Source: a bacterium (GTDB lineage Bacteria; UBA10199; 2-02-FULL-44-16; JAAZCA01). Taken from it: a DNA stretch of 64,000 nt. The DNA is taken from positions 448,001-512,000 of the forward strand of contig CAXXGI010000002.1 of NCBI GenBank assembly GCA_963674695.2, in the 5' to 3' direction. Numbering within the stretch: position 1 is the first letter of the stretch; each line of letters starts with the position of its first letter. This document shows positions 39,113 to 48,605 of the stretch, in pieces. Below the pieces are notes generated by a model that was not told the origin of the DNA, did no database searches, and saw nothing but the letters and a program-made list of their open reading frames with translations. The position numbers and the translations under genes were made by a program.

Positions 39113-39245
39113 TGGAGGAATTCGCTAATAGGCTGAATTGAAGGTGTTTTATTGTGACATCTCTGACAAATTGACGAACCCTGGGCGAGAATCGTCAAAA
39201 TAGTGCCATCGAGGGGGTGAAAGTTGACGTAGGCACCATCGCGTC

Positions 39246-41156
39246 CTATCGCCGCCACTTTCCATATGCCATGCGCAGGAGGTAGAAGCCCAGTCCCATG
39301 AAGAGCAGGAACGAGACGATCTCGCCCATGTGCCCCGGCCAGTCGATCCCGAGTCCGGACGGCTTTCCATAGAAGAAGGCGTAGAAGGCGATGGCAACAC
39401 CCAGGAGCCCTTCGCCGGCGATCAGCCCGGAGCTGAAGAGCACGCCCTGGTCGCGGCGCGATTCGAGCAGCGCTTCGTCGTCGCGGCTGTGGTGGTCGAC
39501 GATGCGTCGAATGACACCGCCCAAAAAGACGGGCACCATCGTGGACAGCGGCAGGTAGATTCCCACGGCAAAGGCCAGCGGCTTGATGCCGAGCAGTTCC
39601 GCCACCAGTGCAAGTCCGGCGCCGATAAAGACCAGCCCCCACGGGAGGTTGGCCTGCAGCACGCCCTCGACCACGGTCTTCATGAGCATTGCCTGCGGCG
39701 CGGGCAACTCTTCCGTGCCGAAACCGAAGGTCTCGCCCAAGAGCCAGACCGCCGCGGCGATGAAGAAGGCGGAGGTCAGCACACCGATGAGTTCGCCGGT
39801 CTGTTGTCGGCTCGGCGTGGCGCCGACGATATAGCCGGTCTTTAAGTCCTGCGACGTATCGCCCGCGATCGATGCAGCCACGGCCACCACCGTGCCCACG
39901 GTGAGTGCGGCGGCCATGCCGGTGATGTCGGTCCAGCCCAGCATCGCAAAGACGATCGACGTTCCCAGGAGTGTGACGATCGTCATGCCCGAGGTGGGAT
40001 TCGAGGTGACCCCCACCATGCCGACGATGCGCGAACTCACGGTCACGAAGAGAAATGCGAAGAAGCCGATGCAGAGCGCGCCGAGTACGCGCACGAGCGC
40101 GGTATTCGATTCCCCGATCACATGCGGCAACACGGCGATGGCCAGGACGATGCAGAGCGCGCCGATGAAGACGACCGACATCGGTAGATCGTGATCGGTA
40201 CGCACGCGTCCTGCCTTTGCGGAGGTGCGCCGGGTCAGTTCATGAAACCCCATGCGCGCCGCCGCATACATCGTGGGGAGCGATTTGATCACCGTCACGA
40301 TGCCGGCAAAGGCCACCGCCCCCGCGCCGATATAGCGAATGTAGCGCGTCCAGATTTGATCGGAGCTCATCGCCGCGATTGGGTCGGTCATCTCCGGAAA
40401 GAAGGGACTGGAAAGACCCTGGCCGAACGTCGCGATCAGCGGGATGAGGACGAGCCAGGAGAGCAGTCCGCCGGCGACCATGATCGAGGCGATGCGATAG
40501 TTGAGGATGAACCCCACGCCCAGCAGTGCGGGCGATGTCTCCATGCCGATGACGGCCTTCTTGAGGATCGGCACTCGTATCGAAACTTCGCCCGGCACGA
40601 GTTTGAGAAACGAGAGGATCGCCTTGTAGGCGGCGGCGATGCCCATGCCATAGAAGATGTTGCGCGCCTTGGTGCCGCCGCTGTCGGCGGCGATCAGCAC
40701 ATGCCCCGCAGCGGTGCCCTCCGGGTAGGGGAGCGTGGCGTGTTCGCGCACAATGAGAAAGCGGCGCAGCGGAATCATGAAGAGTACGCCGAGCAGTCCG
40801 CCCAGAAGGGCGAGCATTCCGATCTGGGCGATCGAGGGGGAAAGCCCCCAGAGGAAGAGCGCCGGAATCGTGAAGATGATTCCGGAGGCGAGCGACGATG
40901 AGGCCGAGCCGATCGTCTGCGTCATGTTCGTTTCCAGGATGGTCGCTGGCGCCCAGGCGTTCTTGAGGACGCGAAAGACCGCCACCGCAATCACCGCGAT
41001 CGGAATCGAGGTCGAGATCGTCAACCCCACGCGCAGGCCCAGATAGGCGTTGGCCGTGCCGAACAGGATGCCAAAGAGGATGCCGAGGATGATCGAGCGC
41101 AGGCTGAATTCTCGCATCGACATCTCCGGTGCGACGTAGGGCTGAAATGCCTTCAT
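39246..41156 (-). CDS. OPT-family oligopeptide transporter
   Basis: YLGLRVGLT, ETNMTQTIGSA, PYPEGTA, SNPTSGMTI, QDLKTG and PAPQA. Confidence 0.93.
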   Translation of the reverse strand: MKAFQPYVAPEMSMREFSLRSIILGILFGILFGTANAYLGLRVGLTISTSIPIAVIAVAVFRVLKNAWAPATILETNMTQTIGSASSSLASGIIFTIPALFLWGLSPSIAQIGMLALLGGLLGVLFMIPLRRFLIVREHATLPYPEGTAAGHVLIAADSGGTKARNIFYGMGIAAAYKAILSFLKLVPGEVSIRVPILKKAVIGMETSPALLGVGFILNYRIASIMVAGGLLSWLVLIPLIATFGQGLSSPFFPEMTDPIAAMSSDQIWTRYIRYIGAGAVAFAGIVTVIKSLPTMYAAARMGFHELTRRTSAKAGRVRTDHDLPMSVVFIGALCIVLAIAVLPHVIGESNTALVRVLGALCIGFFAFLFVTVSSRIVGMVGVTSNPTSGMTIVTLLGTSIVFAMLGWTDITGMAAALTVGTVVAVAASIAGDTSQDLKTGYIVGATPSRQQTGELIGVLTSAFFIAAAVWLLGETFGFGTEELPAPQAMLMKTVVEGVLQANLPWGLVFIGAGLALVAELLGIKPLAFAVGIYLPLSTMVPVFLGGVIRRIVDHHSRDDEALLESRRDQGVLFSSGLIAGEGLLGVAIAFYAFFYGKPSGLGIDWPGHMGEIVSFLLFMGLGFYLLRMAYGKWRR

Positions 41157-41191
41157 GAACGACTCCTTGTGAGGGGGTGTATCGTTTAAGC

Positions 41192-41273
41192 TGTCATCCC
41201 CGAATGATTCTATCGGGGATCCAGTCTGGAAAACACCTGGCTGGATTCCCGCTTACACCATGCGGGAATGACA
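41192..41273. repeat. palindromic dRS3/REP-like element
   Basis: tgtcatccccga...tcggggatccag...ctggattcccgc...gcgggaatgaca. Confidence 0.8.
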
Positions 41274-41310
41274 CGACATGAATTCAGGGCTTGTTATCCT
41301 CGGTCTGTCG

Positions 41311-42717
41311 TTACAGCCATCGTCCCGTCTGAGACTCCGGCCCGCCCTTCGGTTTATCCTCGCCGTCGATATCCTTGATCTCCTCCTGCATCGGCGCGGG
41401 GAGTTCCTCGATTGAGGGGACCGGCTGCGGCGATGGCGGTGGCACGCTCATGACCGGCGGTGCCGCCATCGGTGCAGCAGCTGCAGGTGGTGGCAGCGGC
41501 ATGGGCATCGGCGCGGGCGCTACGGGCGGTGGCATCGGCGCGATGGGGGCAGCTCTGGGGACCGCGGTGGAGCCGGGCAGATCCTCGAGGCGATATTTTC
41601 CCTCGGGAACCGGGGTCGGCTCATGCCAATCCTCGGGGAGATCGGACTGGGCACCGCTGTAGCCGGGGCGTTCCATCGGCGGCGGCGGTGGGGCGCTCAT
41701 GGGGGCGTTCGGTGCGGCGCCGGTTTCTCCGCGTGCCTCTGGAGGGGCCTTGCTCCAATCTACGGGGAGCGAACGGGTGTTGCCATCGACCGCGCCTGCG
41801 CCGGTCATCGCCGGAACATCGGGCATCGGTGGTGGTGGTGCAGCCACGGGTGCCGGCATCGGTTCGGCATACGGTTCGGGCATCGGTGCAGGCGGCGGTG
41901 CCATCGGGAGCGGAGCGGGAGTCCCGCTCTGTGCCTCGGCAGGAGCCTTGCTCCAATCGACGGGGAGTGAGCGCGTATTGCCTGTGGTCGAACCCAGGTT
42001 GGGGCCCGCATCCATCATCGGTGCCGGCGGCGGTGCGGTCAGGGGCGCGGATATGCCGCCGGAGCCGGGCAGATCTTCGAGGCGATATTTGCCCTCGGGC
42101 ACGGGGGTCGGCTCATGCCAGTCCTCGGGGAGATCGGATGCTGCACCGCTGTAGACCGGCCTTTCCATCGGTGGCGGTGGCGGGGCTGACGGCATCGGCG
42201 CGACCGGCGCCGGGCTCATTGCCGACGGCGAACTCGCCGTCGTTCGCGGCATTGGCGAGGTGGCGCCGCGGTTGCGCGCTTCCGCTGGGGCGTTGGACCA
42301 ATCGACCGGCTGCGTGCGCGTGTCGCCGCCGAAGGAGGGCGTGCCGACATCGGCCGCACTCGGCACGGACGGCGGCGCGACGGGCGCTGGTGGCGGTGCG
42401 GCAACCGGTGCGGGCGGCGGCAGGGCGGGTTCGATATACGGCGGTGGAATCTGTTCCGGTGCAGCTGGCGCTACCGGCGGCGTCGGCATCGGTGCGGGCA
42501 TCGGTGTGGTCGGTGCTGCCTGCGGCGTGCGCGGAACCATGCCGTCGGCGGGCAGGTCTTCGAGGCGATACTTTCCCTCGGGGACGACGACCGGTTCCTC
42601 CCATCCCTCCGGGAGATCGGATGCCGGCGCCGATGACTGGGCGCTGGCCCAAACGGGCATGAAGAAAAAGGTGGCGATGAGTGTACCCAGCGCCACGAAG
42701 CTGCGGAATGATGCCAT
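41311..42717 (-). CDS. secreted proline-rich disordered protein with two interspersed repeat motifs
   Basis: Signal peptide ending ASA-Q; 3x SDLPExWxEPxxVPEGKYRLEDLP and 3x GxTRxxPVDWSxAPxEA. Confidence 0.75.
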   Translation of the reverse strand: MASFRSFVALGTLIATFFFMPVWASAQSSAPASDLPEGWEEPVVVPEGKYRLEDLPADGMVPRTPQAAPTTPMPAPMPTPPVAPAAPEQIPPPYIEPALPPPAPVAAPPPAPVAPPSVPSAADVGTPSFGGDTRTQPVDWSNAPAEARNRGATSPMPRTTASSPSAMSPAPVAPMPSAPPPPPMERPVYSGAASDLPEDWHEPTPVPEGKYRLEDLPGSGGISAPLTAPPPAPMMDAGPNLGSTTGNTRSLPVDWSKAPAEAQSGTPAPLPMAPPPAPMPEPYAEPMPAPVAAPPPPMPDVPAMTGAGAVDGNTRSLPVDWSKAPPEARGETGAAPNAPMSAPPPPPMERPGYSGAQSDLPEDWHEPTPVPEGKYRLEDLPGSTAVPRAAPIAPMPPPVAPAPMPMPLPPPAAAAPMAAPPVMSVPPPSPQPVPSIEELPAPMQEEIKDIDGEDKPKGGPESQTGRWL

Positions 42718-42831
42718 GACTCCCCCCTTACACGAAGCCATGCCAGTGTAGCACTTTTATGAGAAAAAACAACAGGGTGGGAGGTTGTTCCGGGTGGGGA
42801 ACGGGCGCCGAGCTCCGGTGTGGATCTCCTG

Positions 42832-44547
42832 CTACGCCTTTTCCTCCCACGGCCACTTCCCGGTGTCGCGATAGATGACGATGGCCTTCTCGGCGTATTT
42901 CTTTCCCGCCTCCGTGCCGAGGATCTTGTCGCTCATGGCTTCGTTTGCGATTCGAAGGGCGTACGGATGGACCTCCGCATGAGGAAAATTTTCGACCGTC
43001 AGCCGTGCCGCCCGGTAGGCGTCGATGAGCTCGCCGGCGAAGTACGCTCCCGCCTCCATGCCGCGGGTTCCCGCCCCCGCCGTGATGGTTGCGATCATGG
43101 GGGCGTTGCCCTTTATGTTCGCATCGGCATGATTTTCGGCAAGCTTGCGCGCTGCCTGATACGCCGCGATGACGTCCTCGGCGAATCGCTCCCCCGCTTC
43201 TTCGCCGCGAATGCCGATATGTGCCGCGGCATTCGCGATCGTGGGGGCGTTGTCCCTCACGTTTTCATCGTCGTGTCCTTTCGCGATGGATCGCACCTTC
43301 TGGTAAGCGGCGATTACATCCTCGGCAAACATTTTTCCCGCATTTTCACCGCGGATGTCGGCTTTCGCTGCGGCGTTCGCGATCGTGGGGGCGTTGTCCC
43401 TCACGTTTTCGTCGTCATGCCTTTCTGCGGTGGACAGCGCCGCCCGATAGGCGAGTACAGCATTGCGGACAAACTCGTGCCCCTCTTCCTTTCCACGCAT
43501 CCCGCTGTTGGCGATGGCCTTCGTGAAGGCGGGAATCTTCTTCACCAGGGTTTTGTTGCGGGTTTGCTTCACGATGGCAATCGCTTCCTGACAGGCGGCG
43601 ATGATCTCTTCGGCGGCCTGGGCCCCCGCCTTGGCGCCGCGGACCTCCTGGCGGGCAACGGCGGTCGCGATCGTGGAAGCCTTGTTCCGCATCCTTTTGT
43701 CGGTCTGTTTGATTACGGTTTCGAACGCGGCGCACCGTGCCGATTCAATCGCATGCGCCGCGTTGAGCGCATCCGATTGATGGATGCTCGCATGACGGAC
43801 CGTCCCGGGAAACGGCAGGAGCATCCGGAACGTCTCCTCCGCGTGTCGGTGCAGGCCAAAGCCCAAGGCGCTCTTGCTGTACCCGAGCGATCGAATCGTC
43901 TTCGCCTTCTTCGCGATGTGCACTCCCAGCTGCCGGATTCCCTTCTCGCCGAGCGCTTCGGCCAGCGCCTGATCGAAACCGTAGTTTCGCACCCATTTTC
44001 CTGCGCAGGCTTTGGTCACCTGGTCCCAGATCGAGTGCGGGACCGATTCCGGACGCAGGGTTCCCCAGCCACCGGTTATCATCCGGACGACCTGTTTCTG
44101 CTGCGGGAGCAGCTGCCCCCGTATGCTCGGTGCGCCGTTGTCGAGATAGGCCATGAGGCCATCGATCATCTGCTCGACGGTCGCGTCTGCCGGGCTGTTT
44201 CGGAGCGCGTGTGCGAGCCGGTGCAGCGGCTCCTCGAAAGTTGCGTCCGTTGCCTGCTCGGACTGCGCCAGCGCATTTTGCCAGGACTGCGCGACCGGTG
44301 CGGGAGGCGTGGGGAGCTTCCCGTAGAATCGCGCCATCCCCTCGGCGATGAAGCGGTCCCCTTCTTCCGCATAGGCCCCGGCGATCGCCTCGGCGGCATC
44401 CGCTCCTTCGAGGAAGGCGGCGGCCTCGCTCGGGTCGGGCGGAATATCCGCCGACCATTCCATCGCGGGAGCGATCGCCGCGCAGGCGGCGGTCGAAAGG
44501 GCAGGGGTAGTCATGATCCAGGTCATCGACGGTACTCCTCTCTCCAT
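42832..44547 (-). CDS. orphan protein with about six 48-aa alpha-helical tandem repeats (start 44547 or 44526)
   Basis: VRDNAPTIANAAA..IRGE.AG..FAEDVIAAYQ...HDDEN period of 48 aa. Confidence 0.75.
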   Translation of the reverse strand: MERGVPSMTWIMTTPALSTAACAAIAPAMEWSADIPPDPSEAAAFLEGADAAEAIAGAYAEEGDRFIAEGMARFYGKLPTPPAPVAQSWQNALAQSEQATDATFEEPLHRLAHALRNSPADATVEQMIDGLMAYLDNGAPSIRGQLLPQQKQVVRMITGGWGTLRPESVPHSIWDQVTKACAGKWVRNYGFDQALAEALGEKGIRQLGVHIAKKAKTIRSLGYSKSALGFGLHRHAEETFRMLLPFPGTVRHASIHQSDALNAAHAIESARCAAFETVIKQTDKRMRNKASTIATAVARQEVRGAKAGAQAAEEIIAACQEAIAIVKQTRNKTLVKKIPAFTKAIANSGMRGKEEGHEFVRNAVLAYRAALSTAERHDDENVRDNAPTIANAAAKADIRGENAGKMFAEDVIAAYQKVRSIAKGHDDENVRDNAPTIANAAAHIGIRGEEAGERFAEDVIAAYQAARKLAENHADANIKGNAPMIATITAGAGTRGMEAGAYFAGELIDAYRAARLTVENFPHAEVHPYALRIANEAMSDKILGTEAGKKYAEKAIVIYRDTGKWPWEEKA

Positions 44548-44565
44548 GGACGCGTATCGACGACA

Positions 44566-44592
44566 TCATCGTCCCGTGGGGGAAAAAGTTGC
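44566..44592 (-). promoter_or_regulatory. sigma28-like promoter GCAAC-N15-ACGATGA (degenerate)
   Basis: Minus strand gcaac-tttttcccccacggg-acgatga. Confidence 0.5.
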
Positions 44593-44723
44593 TCTTTTTT
44601 TAAGGAGATCGGTCGGTTGTGACGTTTCTTTTTGAGGCCGTCGAGGGGGTCGGCTGCCGGTTTTTCTCCGGGGTCGGCCCCTTCCGGTTTGTCTTTTTCC
44701 CTGTTTTGGTCGATGAGGGTCCC

Positions 44724-46439
44724 ATGGACCGACACGAGATCGCACAGGTGCTCCACGAGATGGGGCTCATGCTGGAACTGACGGGCGCGAACGCCTTCAA
44801 GGTGCGCGCGTATACGAACGCGGCGCGCGCTCTGGAGGAGCTTGCCGACGATATCGGCGCGCTGATCGCATCGGGGGAGCTCACCGCGATCCGCGGCATC
44901 GGCAAGAATCTCGCCGAACACATCGCCGAACTCCATCGCACGGGGGGGCTTGCTGAATACGATGAACTCCGGGGCCAGATTCCCGACGGCGTCATCGAGA
45001 TGCTGCGCATCCAGGGGCTCGGCCCCAAGAAGGCGCGCGCCATCTGGAAGGAGCTGCACGTCACCTCGGTGGGCGAGCTCGAGATGGCGTGCCGTCGCCA
45101 CATGGTCCAAGCGCTTCCGGGGTTCGGTGCCAAGAGCGAGGCGAAGATCCTTTCGGGCATCGAGGTCCTCAAGAAATTCGCGGATAAACACCTCTTCGCC
45201 GAAGGGGTGGCGTGGGCGGAACTCATACACGATCAGGTCAAAAGCTGGCCCGAGGTGATGCGCTCCGAGATCGCTGGTTCCATTCGGCGACGGCGCGAGG
45301 TCATCAAGGATATCGATATCCTCGTCGCGACCGATGCGCCGGAGGAGGTGATGGAGCGATTCATCGCCCTTGCATCGATTGAACGCGTGATCGCGCATGG
45401 CGCGACGAAGTCGTCGGTGATGCTCGAGGGCGGAATCAACTGCGACCTGCGTGCGGTGACGGATGCCGAATATCCCTTCGCGCTCCATTATTTCACGGGG
45501 TCGAAGGAGCACAACGTCGCGATGCGCGCGCGGGCGAAGAAGTACGATTGCAAGCTCAATGAGTATGGCCTCTTCAATGGGGCATCGCAGTCGTCGCTCG
45601 CGTGTGCGGACGAGGCGGAGATCTTCGCGGCGCTCGAACTCGAATACATCCCGCCGGAGCTGCGCGAGGATCGCGGCGAGATCGAGGCGGCAAGCGAGGG
45701 GGCGCTCCCGACGCTCGTCGAACAGGCCGATCTCAAGGGAATTCTGCACGTGCACACGACCTTCACCGATGGCACCGCGACGGTGGCCGAGATGGCCGAG
45801 GCCGCGCGCGAGCGCGGATACGCCTACATCGCCATCTGCGATCACAGCCAGGCGGTGACGATTGCCGGCGGGATGAAGCCCGCCGATGTGCGCCGCCAGC
45901 ACAAGGAGATCGACGCGCTCAATCGGAAATGGAAAGGGTTTCGCGTCCTCAAGGGGATCGAGGTCGACATCCTCGCCGATGGAACGCTCGACTTCGACGA
46001 TGAGCTGCTCGCCACGTTCGACATCGTCATCGCCGCGGTGCATTCGCGCTTCGGCATGTCCGAGTCGGAGATGACCGAGCGGATCGTTCGTGGCATTTCA
46101 AATCCGCACGTCGATATCCTCGCGCATCCGACCGGGAGATTGCTGCTCGCGCGCGAGGGGTATGCTCTGGATCTCAAACGCGTGCTCGAGGCGATCGGCA
46201 GGAGTGGCAAGGCCGTCGAGATCAATGCGCATCCGCGTCGCCTCGATCTGGATTGGCGCTGGCACCGCGTCGCCATCGAGTGCGGCGCGAAGCTCGTCAT
46301 CTGTCCGGATGCCCACGCCCCCGACGGCCTCGACGATGTCAGCTTTGGCATAAATGTCGCCCGCAAGGGGTGGCTGAAAAAGGCCGACCTCCTCAATAGC
46401 CTCTCTGTCGAGGAGCTGCTGCGGTGGAAAAGGCGCTGA
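44724..46439 (+). CDS. polX: DNA polymerase X / PHP 3'-5' exonuclease
   Basis: GSIRR...KDIDIL, FTGSKEHN, IPPELRE and PHP motifs LHVHT, DHS and DAH. Confidence 0.93.
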   Translation: MDRHEIAQVLHEMGLMLELTGANAFKVRAYTNAARALEELADDIGALIASGELTAIRGIGKNLAEHIAELHRTGGLAEYDELRGQIPDGVIEMLRIQGLGPKKARAIWKELHVTSVGELEMACRRHMVQALPGFGAKSEAKILSGIEVLKKFADKHLFAEGVAWAELIHDQVKSWPEVMRSEIAGSIRRRREVIKDIDILVATDAPEEVMERFIALASIERVIAHGATKSSVMLEGGINCDLRAVTDAEYPFALHYFTGSKEHNVAMRARAKKYDCKLNEYGLFNGASQSSLACADEAEIFAALELEYIPPELREDRGEIEAASEGALPTLVEQADLKGILHVHTTFTDGTATVAEMAEAARERGYAYIAICDHSQAVTIAGGMKPADVRRQHKEIDALNRKWKGFRVLKGIEVDILADGTLDFDDELLATFDIVIAAVHSRFGMSESEMTERIVRGISNPHVDILAHPTGRLLLAREGYALDLKRVLEAIGRSGKAVEINAHPRRLDLDWRWHRVAIECGAKLVICPDAHAPDGLDDVSFGINVARKGWLKKADLLNSLSVEELLRWKRR

Positions 46440-46501
46440 TCCCACCTTTACTTCCGATTTATATTTCAGTAAAACGCGGCCCTCATCCCAGGAGGTCCGC
46501 C

Positions 46502-48595
46502 GTGTTGGAAAATCTCTTCACTCCGAAGGCCGTCGCCGTCGTTGGCGCATCGAGCAAGCCGGGCAAGGTTGGCAATGCCTTGCTCAAGAACCTGATCGAG
46601 CATGGGTTCAAAGGGCCGATCTATCCGATCAATCCCAAGGCCGATCAGATCGAGGGCTTGAAGTGTCTGCCCGATATCCCGTCGCTGCCCGACGGGGTCG
46701 ATCTGGCCGTCATCATCATTCCCGCCAAGGGCGTTCCCGCTGCGATCGAACAGTGTGGGGCCAAGGGGATTGGCGCGGCCATCGTCATCTCGGCTGGCTT
46801 CAAAGAGGTGGGCGAGGCGGGTAAGGATCTGGAGAAGCGCCTCTTCAACGCCGCGATGACCAGCGGCGTGCGCATCCTGGGGCCGAACTGCCTGGGGCTG
46901 ATCAACGCCAACTACGGTATGGATGCCTCCTTTGCCGCGGCCTTTCCGGAGCCGGGCGATATCGCGGTACTGTCGCAGTCGGGGGCGCTCTGCACGGCGA
47001 TCCTCGATTGGGCGACGCGCAATCATATCGGGTTTTCAAAACTCATCAGCATCGGGAATAAGACCGACATCGATGAAGAGGTGATCATCGAGGCGCTCGG
47101 GGAAGACCCCGAGACGAAGGTGATCCTGGGATATCTCGAGGACATCCACAACGGTCCGCACTTCATGCGCACCGCTGAACGCGTGACGAAGAGCAAGCCG
47201 ATCATCCTGATCAAAGCGGGCAACACCGTTGCAGGCGCGGCGGCGGCCAGTTCTCACACGGGGAGTATGGCGGGCGCGCGCATGGCCTATGAGTGTGCCT
47301 TTCGCACCAGCGGCATCCTGCAGGCCGCCTCCCTCGAGGCGCTCTTCGACTATGCACAGGCATTTTCCTATCAGCCGTTGCCGAAGGGCAATCGCGTGGC
47401 GGTGGTGACCAACGCTGGCGGTCCCGGGATCATGGCGGCTGATGCCATCGAGAATGCGGGGCTCACGTTCGCCAAGCCTTCCGAGGAGACGCAGGAGAAG
47501 CTGCGCTCCTTCCTGCCGGCGGCGGCGAACGTCCACAATCCGGTCGACATCCTGGGGGATGCCGCGGCGCCCGTGTATGGCAAGGCGGTCGAGACGGTGC
47601 TGGCCGACGAGGGTGTGGATTCACTCGTCGTGCTGCTCACCCCGCAGGCGATGATCGATGCGTCCGAAGCCGCGCGTGAGATCGCCGAGATGGCGAAGCG
47701 TTTCGAGAAGCCGGTGATGACCGCCTTCATCGGTGCCGAACGCGTGGCCGAGGGGATCGAGTTTTTACAGCGCAGCCGCATTCCCCATTATCCCACGCCG
47801 GAGCGCGCGGTGGATTCGCTTCGCATGATGGTCGATTATACCAAGTGGCTCGAGCGCCCGCGTCGCGTGATCGAGCGCTTTTCGGTCAACACCACGAAGG
47901 TCGATCGCGTCATTAATCTCAACCGCAAGCGCGGGCTCGTCAATATCAGCGAGCAGGACTCGAAGTCGATTCTCACGGCCTATGGCTTTACCGTTCCGCG
48001 CTCGGGCATGGCGCGCAGCGCCGATGAAGCCACGGGTGTGGCCTCCCACCTCGGTTATCCGGTTGTGATGAAGATCGTCTCTCCCGACATCGTTCACAAG
48101 TCGGACGTCGGTGGTGTGAAGGTGGGACTGCGCGGGCCGGGGGAAGTGCACGATGCCTATGAGCTGATGTTCTCCCGCATTCGGCAGCGCATGCCGCACG
48201 CGCGCATTCATGGTGTGCTGGTGCAGGAGATGATCACCGAGGGGCGCGAGATCATCATCGGCATGACGCGCGATCCGCAGTTCGGACCGATGCTCATGTT
48301 CGGTCTGGGCGGGATCTACGTCGAGGTCTTGCGCGATGTTTCTTTCCAGCTCGCCCCCATCACCGCCGATGAAGCAACACAGATGCTCATGGGGACGAAG
48401 ACCTATAAACTGCTCAAGGGCGTGCGCGGTGAGAAGTCAGTCGATATGCAGTTGGTGGCCGAGTGCATTCAGCGCATCTCCCAGCTCTCGGTCGACTTTC
48501 CGATGATCGAAGAGATGGACATCAACCCGCTCAAGGTCAGTAGTGAATTTGCACGCGCGGTTGCCGTCGATGGCCGTGTACGCATTTCGGAGTGA
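46502..48595 (+). CDS. acetate/acyl-CoA ligase (ADP-forming), fused alpha/beta
   Basis: AVVGAS, GPNCLG, SQSGA, SSHTG (phospho-His), NPVDILG and ATP-grasp YPVVMKI..HKSDVGGV; GTG start with aggagg RBS. Confidence 0.88.
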   Translation: MLENLFTPKAVAVVGASSKPGKVGNALLKNLIEHGFKGPIYPINPKADQIEGLKCLPDIPSLPDGVDLAVIIIPAKGVPAAIEQCGAKGIGAAIVISAGFKEVGEAGKDLEKRLFNAAMTSGVRILGPNCLGLINANYGMDASFAAAFPEPGDIAVLSQSGALCTAILDWATRNHIGFSKLISIGNKTDIDEEVIIEALGEDPETKVILGYLEDIHNGPHFMRTAERVTKSKPIILIKAGNTVAGAAAASSHTGSMAGARMAYECAFRTSGILQAASLEALFDYAQAFSYQPLPKGNRVAVVTNAGGPGIMAADAIENAGLTFAKPSEETQEKLRSFLPAAANVHNPVDILGDAAAPVYGKAVETVLADEGVDSLVVLLTPQAMIDASEAAREIAEMAKRFEKPVMTAFIGAERVAEGIEFLQRSRIPHYPTPERAVDSLRMMVDYTKWLERPRRVIERFSVNTTKVDRVINLNRKRGLVNISEQDSKSILTAYGFTVPRSGMARSADEATGVASHLGYPVVMKIVSPDIVHKSDVGGVKVGLRGPGEVHDAYELMFSRIRQRMPHARIHGVLVQEMITEGREIIIGMTRDPQFGPMLMFGLGGIYVEVLRDVSFQLAPITADEATQMLMGTKTYKLLKGVRGEKSVDMQLVAECIQRISQLSVDFPMIEEMDINPLKVSSEFARAVAVDGRVRISE

Positions 48596-48605
48596 GGACA
48601 TCATT

